DNA of 64,000 nt, taken from IMG/VR virus record IMGVR_UViG_3300016476_000657, positions 6,583 to 70,582 of that record. One strand, written 5' to 3'. The notes under the pieces are model-generated. The model saw only the letters and a program-made list of their open reading frames with translations. It made no database searches and was not told the origin of the DNA. The stretch is from a virus. Positions 62,678-64,000 of this stretch are shown piece after piece. Both the position numbers and the translations under genes were made by a program. Numbering within the stretch: position 1 is the stretch's first letter; the number at the start of each line of letters is the position of its first letter.

Positions 62678-62985
62678 TGGCATTTATTAAAAACTTTTGT
62701 AGACTACTAACAAACGAAGAACTCGACGACAGTGATGTTATCGAGTTCTTCGATATCGTTCAAAGTGTTGTGCCAACTAAGTTGGTAACAGCATACACAG
62801 CCGACAATAAAGAAGTTGTTAGTGTTGAGGTTATCGCTTATGCAAACCCAAGCGACAACAGTCAAAATGTATACGAAATTATTTTATCCGGTGCGATAGA
62901 CCCCGACGAAGGCGATGCTATTGCACAACAATTAACCGATGCTTTTGATTTTGATTTTGATTTTGAAGCATCTATAGAGGTATAG
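62677..62985 (+). CDS. Acidic hypothetical protein
   Basis: TAATG coupling; ends DFDFDFEASIE. Confidence 0.6.
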   Translation: MAFIKNFCRLLTNEELDDSDVIEFFDIVQSVVPTKLVTAYTADNKEVVSVEVIAYANPSDNSQNVYEIILSGAIDPDEGDAIAQQLTDAFDFDFDFEASIEV

Positions 62986-62986
62986 T

Positions 62987-64000
62987 ATGAGCTACGAACA
63001 CCCATCAATGTTGCCTCCTGCAGGTCCGCATCATTTGCGAGATCTGTCTAATGCAATGGATTATAATTCTGCTGGTCAACCAGTGGTTAGAGTTATTACT
63101 ACTAGCGGTACAGCGACTAACGATGGTAGATCGGATGCGTTTGGCAGGCAGCGTATGTCTATGCCATTCACAATGTTCGACTCTACTCAGCGTTATTCAA
63201 ATCGTGACGATCAGTGGGTAACAAAAACTGTTACAGGTGGCTCAACTAGCTACAATACAAACCAAAGCACATCAACCCTGTCAGTGACTAATGCACTCAA
63301 TGCACGAGTTACTCGTGAGACAAAACGTGTGTTTGCATATCAGCCAGGTAAGAGCCTACAAGTCATGACTACGTTTGCTTTTGATGAGGGGCAAACAGGA
63401 CTGGCGCAGCGTGTGGGCTACTTTAATAATCAAAATGGTATATTCTTCTCTAACAAGAATGGTACTAACTATATTGTAAAGCGCACATACATTAACGGAT
63501 CAGCGCAGGATACGGAGATTGCACAAAGCGATTGGAACGTTGATAAACTAGATGGTACTACACCGACCGAGATTGAACTAGATGTTACAAAAGCACAAAT
63601 CTTTTTCATGGACATTGAATGGTTAGGTGTCGGTCAGGTACGCACTGGTTTTGTTATCGATGGAAACTTTTATCTAGCACATGTGTTCCAACATGCGAAC
63701 ACATTAGATACAGTATACATGACCACAGCGACATTGCCTGTGCGTTATGAGATTGAAAACATTGCAGCCACAGTAGCAGGTAGCAATATGAAACAAATCT
63801 GTGCTACTGTTATCAGCGAAGGCGGCTTTGAAATCAGAGGTCGTCCATATAGTATAGGTCGTCCTGTTACTGCACCAATGAACTTGGCTACTGCCGGTAC
63901 TTTTTATCCGTTAGTATCAGTAAGATTAAATTCAAGTTATTTAGACGCGGTTGCTGTTCTTAAAAACATCAGTATGTTAGGTATTGCCAACAATGGCAAG
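62987..64000 (+). CDS. Conserved large-phage virion protein, truncated by window end
   Basis: Open to the end of the window: DAFGRQRMS...AYQPGKS...RVGYF...WNVDKLDG...DIEWLGVG...TATLPVRYEI...ICATVISEGG; absent from ORF track. Confidence 0.7.
   Translation, partial: MSYEHPSMLPPAGPHHLRDLSNAMDYNSAGQPVVRVITTSGTATNDGRSDAFGRQRMSMPFTMFDSTQRYSNRDDQWVTKTVTGGSTSYNTNQSTSTLSVTNALNARVTRETKRVFAYQPGKSLQVMTTFAFDEGQTGLAQRVGYFNNQNGIFFSNKNGTNYIVKRTYINGSAQDTEIAQSDWNVDKLDGTTPTEIELDVTKAQIFFMDIEWLGVGQVRTGFVIDGNFYLAHVFQHANTLDTVYMTTATLPVRYEIENIAATVAGSNMKQICATVISEGGFEIRGRPYSIGRPVTAPMNLATAGTFYPLVSVRLNSSYLDAVAVLKNISMLGIANNGK

Noticed and set aside
1-64000. Alternative genetic code (stop-codon reassignment as in some large phages)
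   Set aside because: Recognisable genes translate full length in code 11 and end at TAA, TAG or TGA at expected positions

Overview
This window looks like part of a large lytic tailed dsDNA phage genome (jumbo or T4-superfamily-like myovirus), densely coded and mostly on the + strand, standard genetic code. I found no tRNA, rRNA, CRISPR array, integrase or transposase. Evidence for a phage: long Gly/Thr/Ser-rich virion/fibre genes (3.5-5.4 kb and 49.5-59.3 kb), a spanin pair, an RFC/gp44-type clamp loader, a stand-alone fragment of DNA polymerase III alpha, PhoH, MazG and dCMP deaminase. There are also about 17 strong sigma70-type promoters and about 10 T4-late-like (G/T/C)ATAAATA boxes. Host-type genes include a complete ClpA/ClpP protease, DnaJ, GroES, three Fe-S carriers (SufE, IscA, Nfu), GuaC, NadE, an ACP, Ugd, a PMM-like HAD enzyme and four 2OG-Fe(II)-fold proteins. 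Spanins, an outer-membrane beta-barrel, IHF sites and a PhaR-type operator point to a Gram-negative, probably PHB-accumulating alpha- or betaproteobacterial host (inference). The 13.4-18.4 kb stretch is an early-gene region of tiny ORFs and clustered promoters, with a DnaA box and repeated structured elements. Best leads: (1) a phasin-like operon whose late promoter overlaps a host PhaR-type operator; (2) an Fe/2OG oxygenase with the halogenase-type H-x-G triad; (3) an ACP lacking its phosphopantetheine serine; (4) a dCMP deaminase fused to a glycosyltransferase-like domain; (5) a coupled SLOG-guaC-nadE unit; (6) a split DnaE. Two real genes marked + in the supplied ORF track (40096..40845 and 59338..59925) are on the minus strand. 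All family assignments are from motif recognition by eye; no database searches were run.
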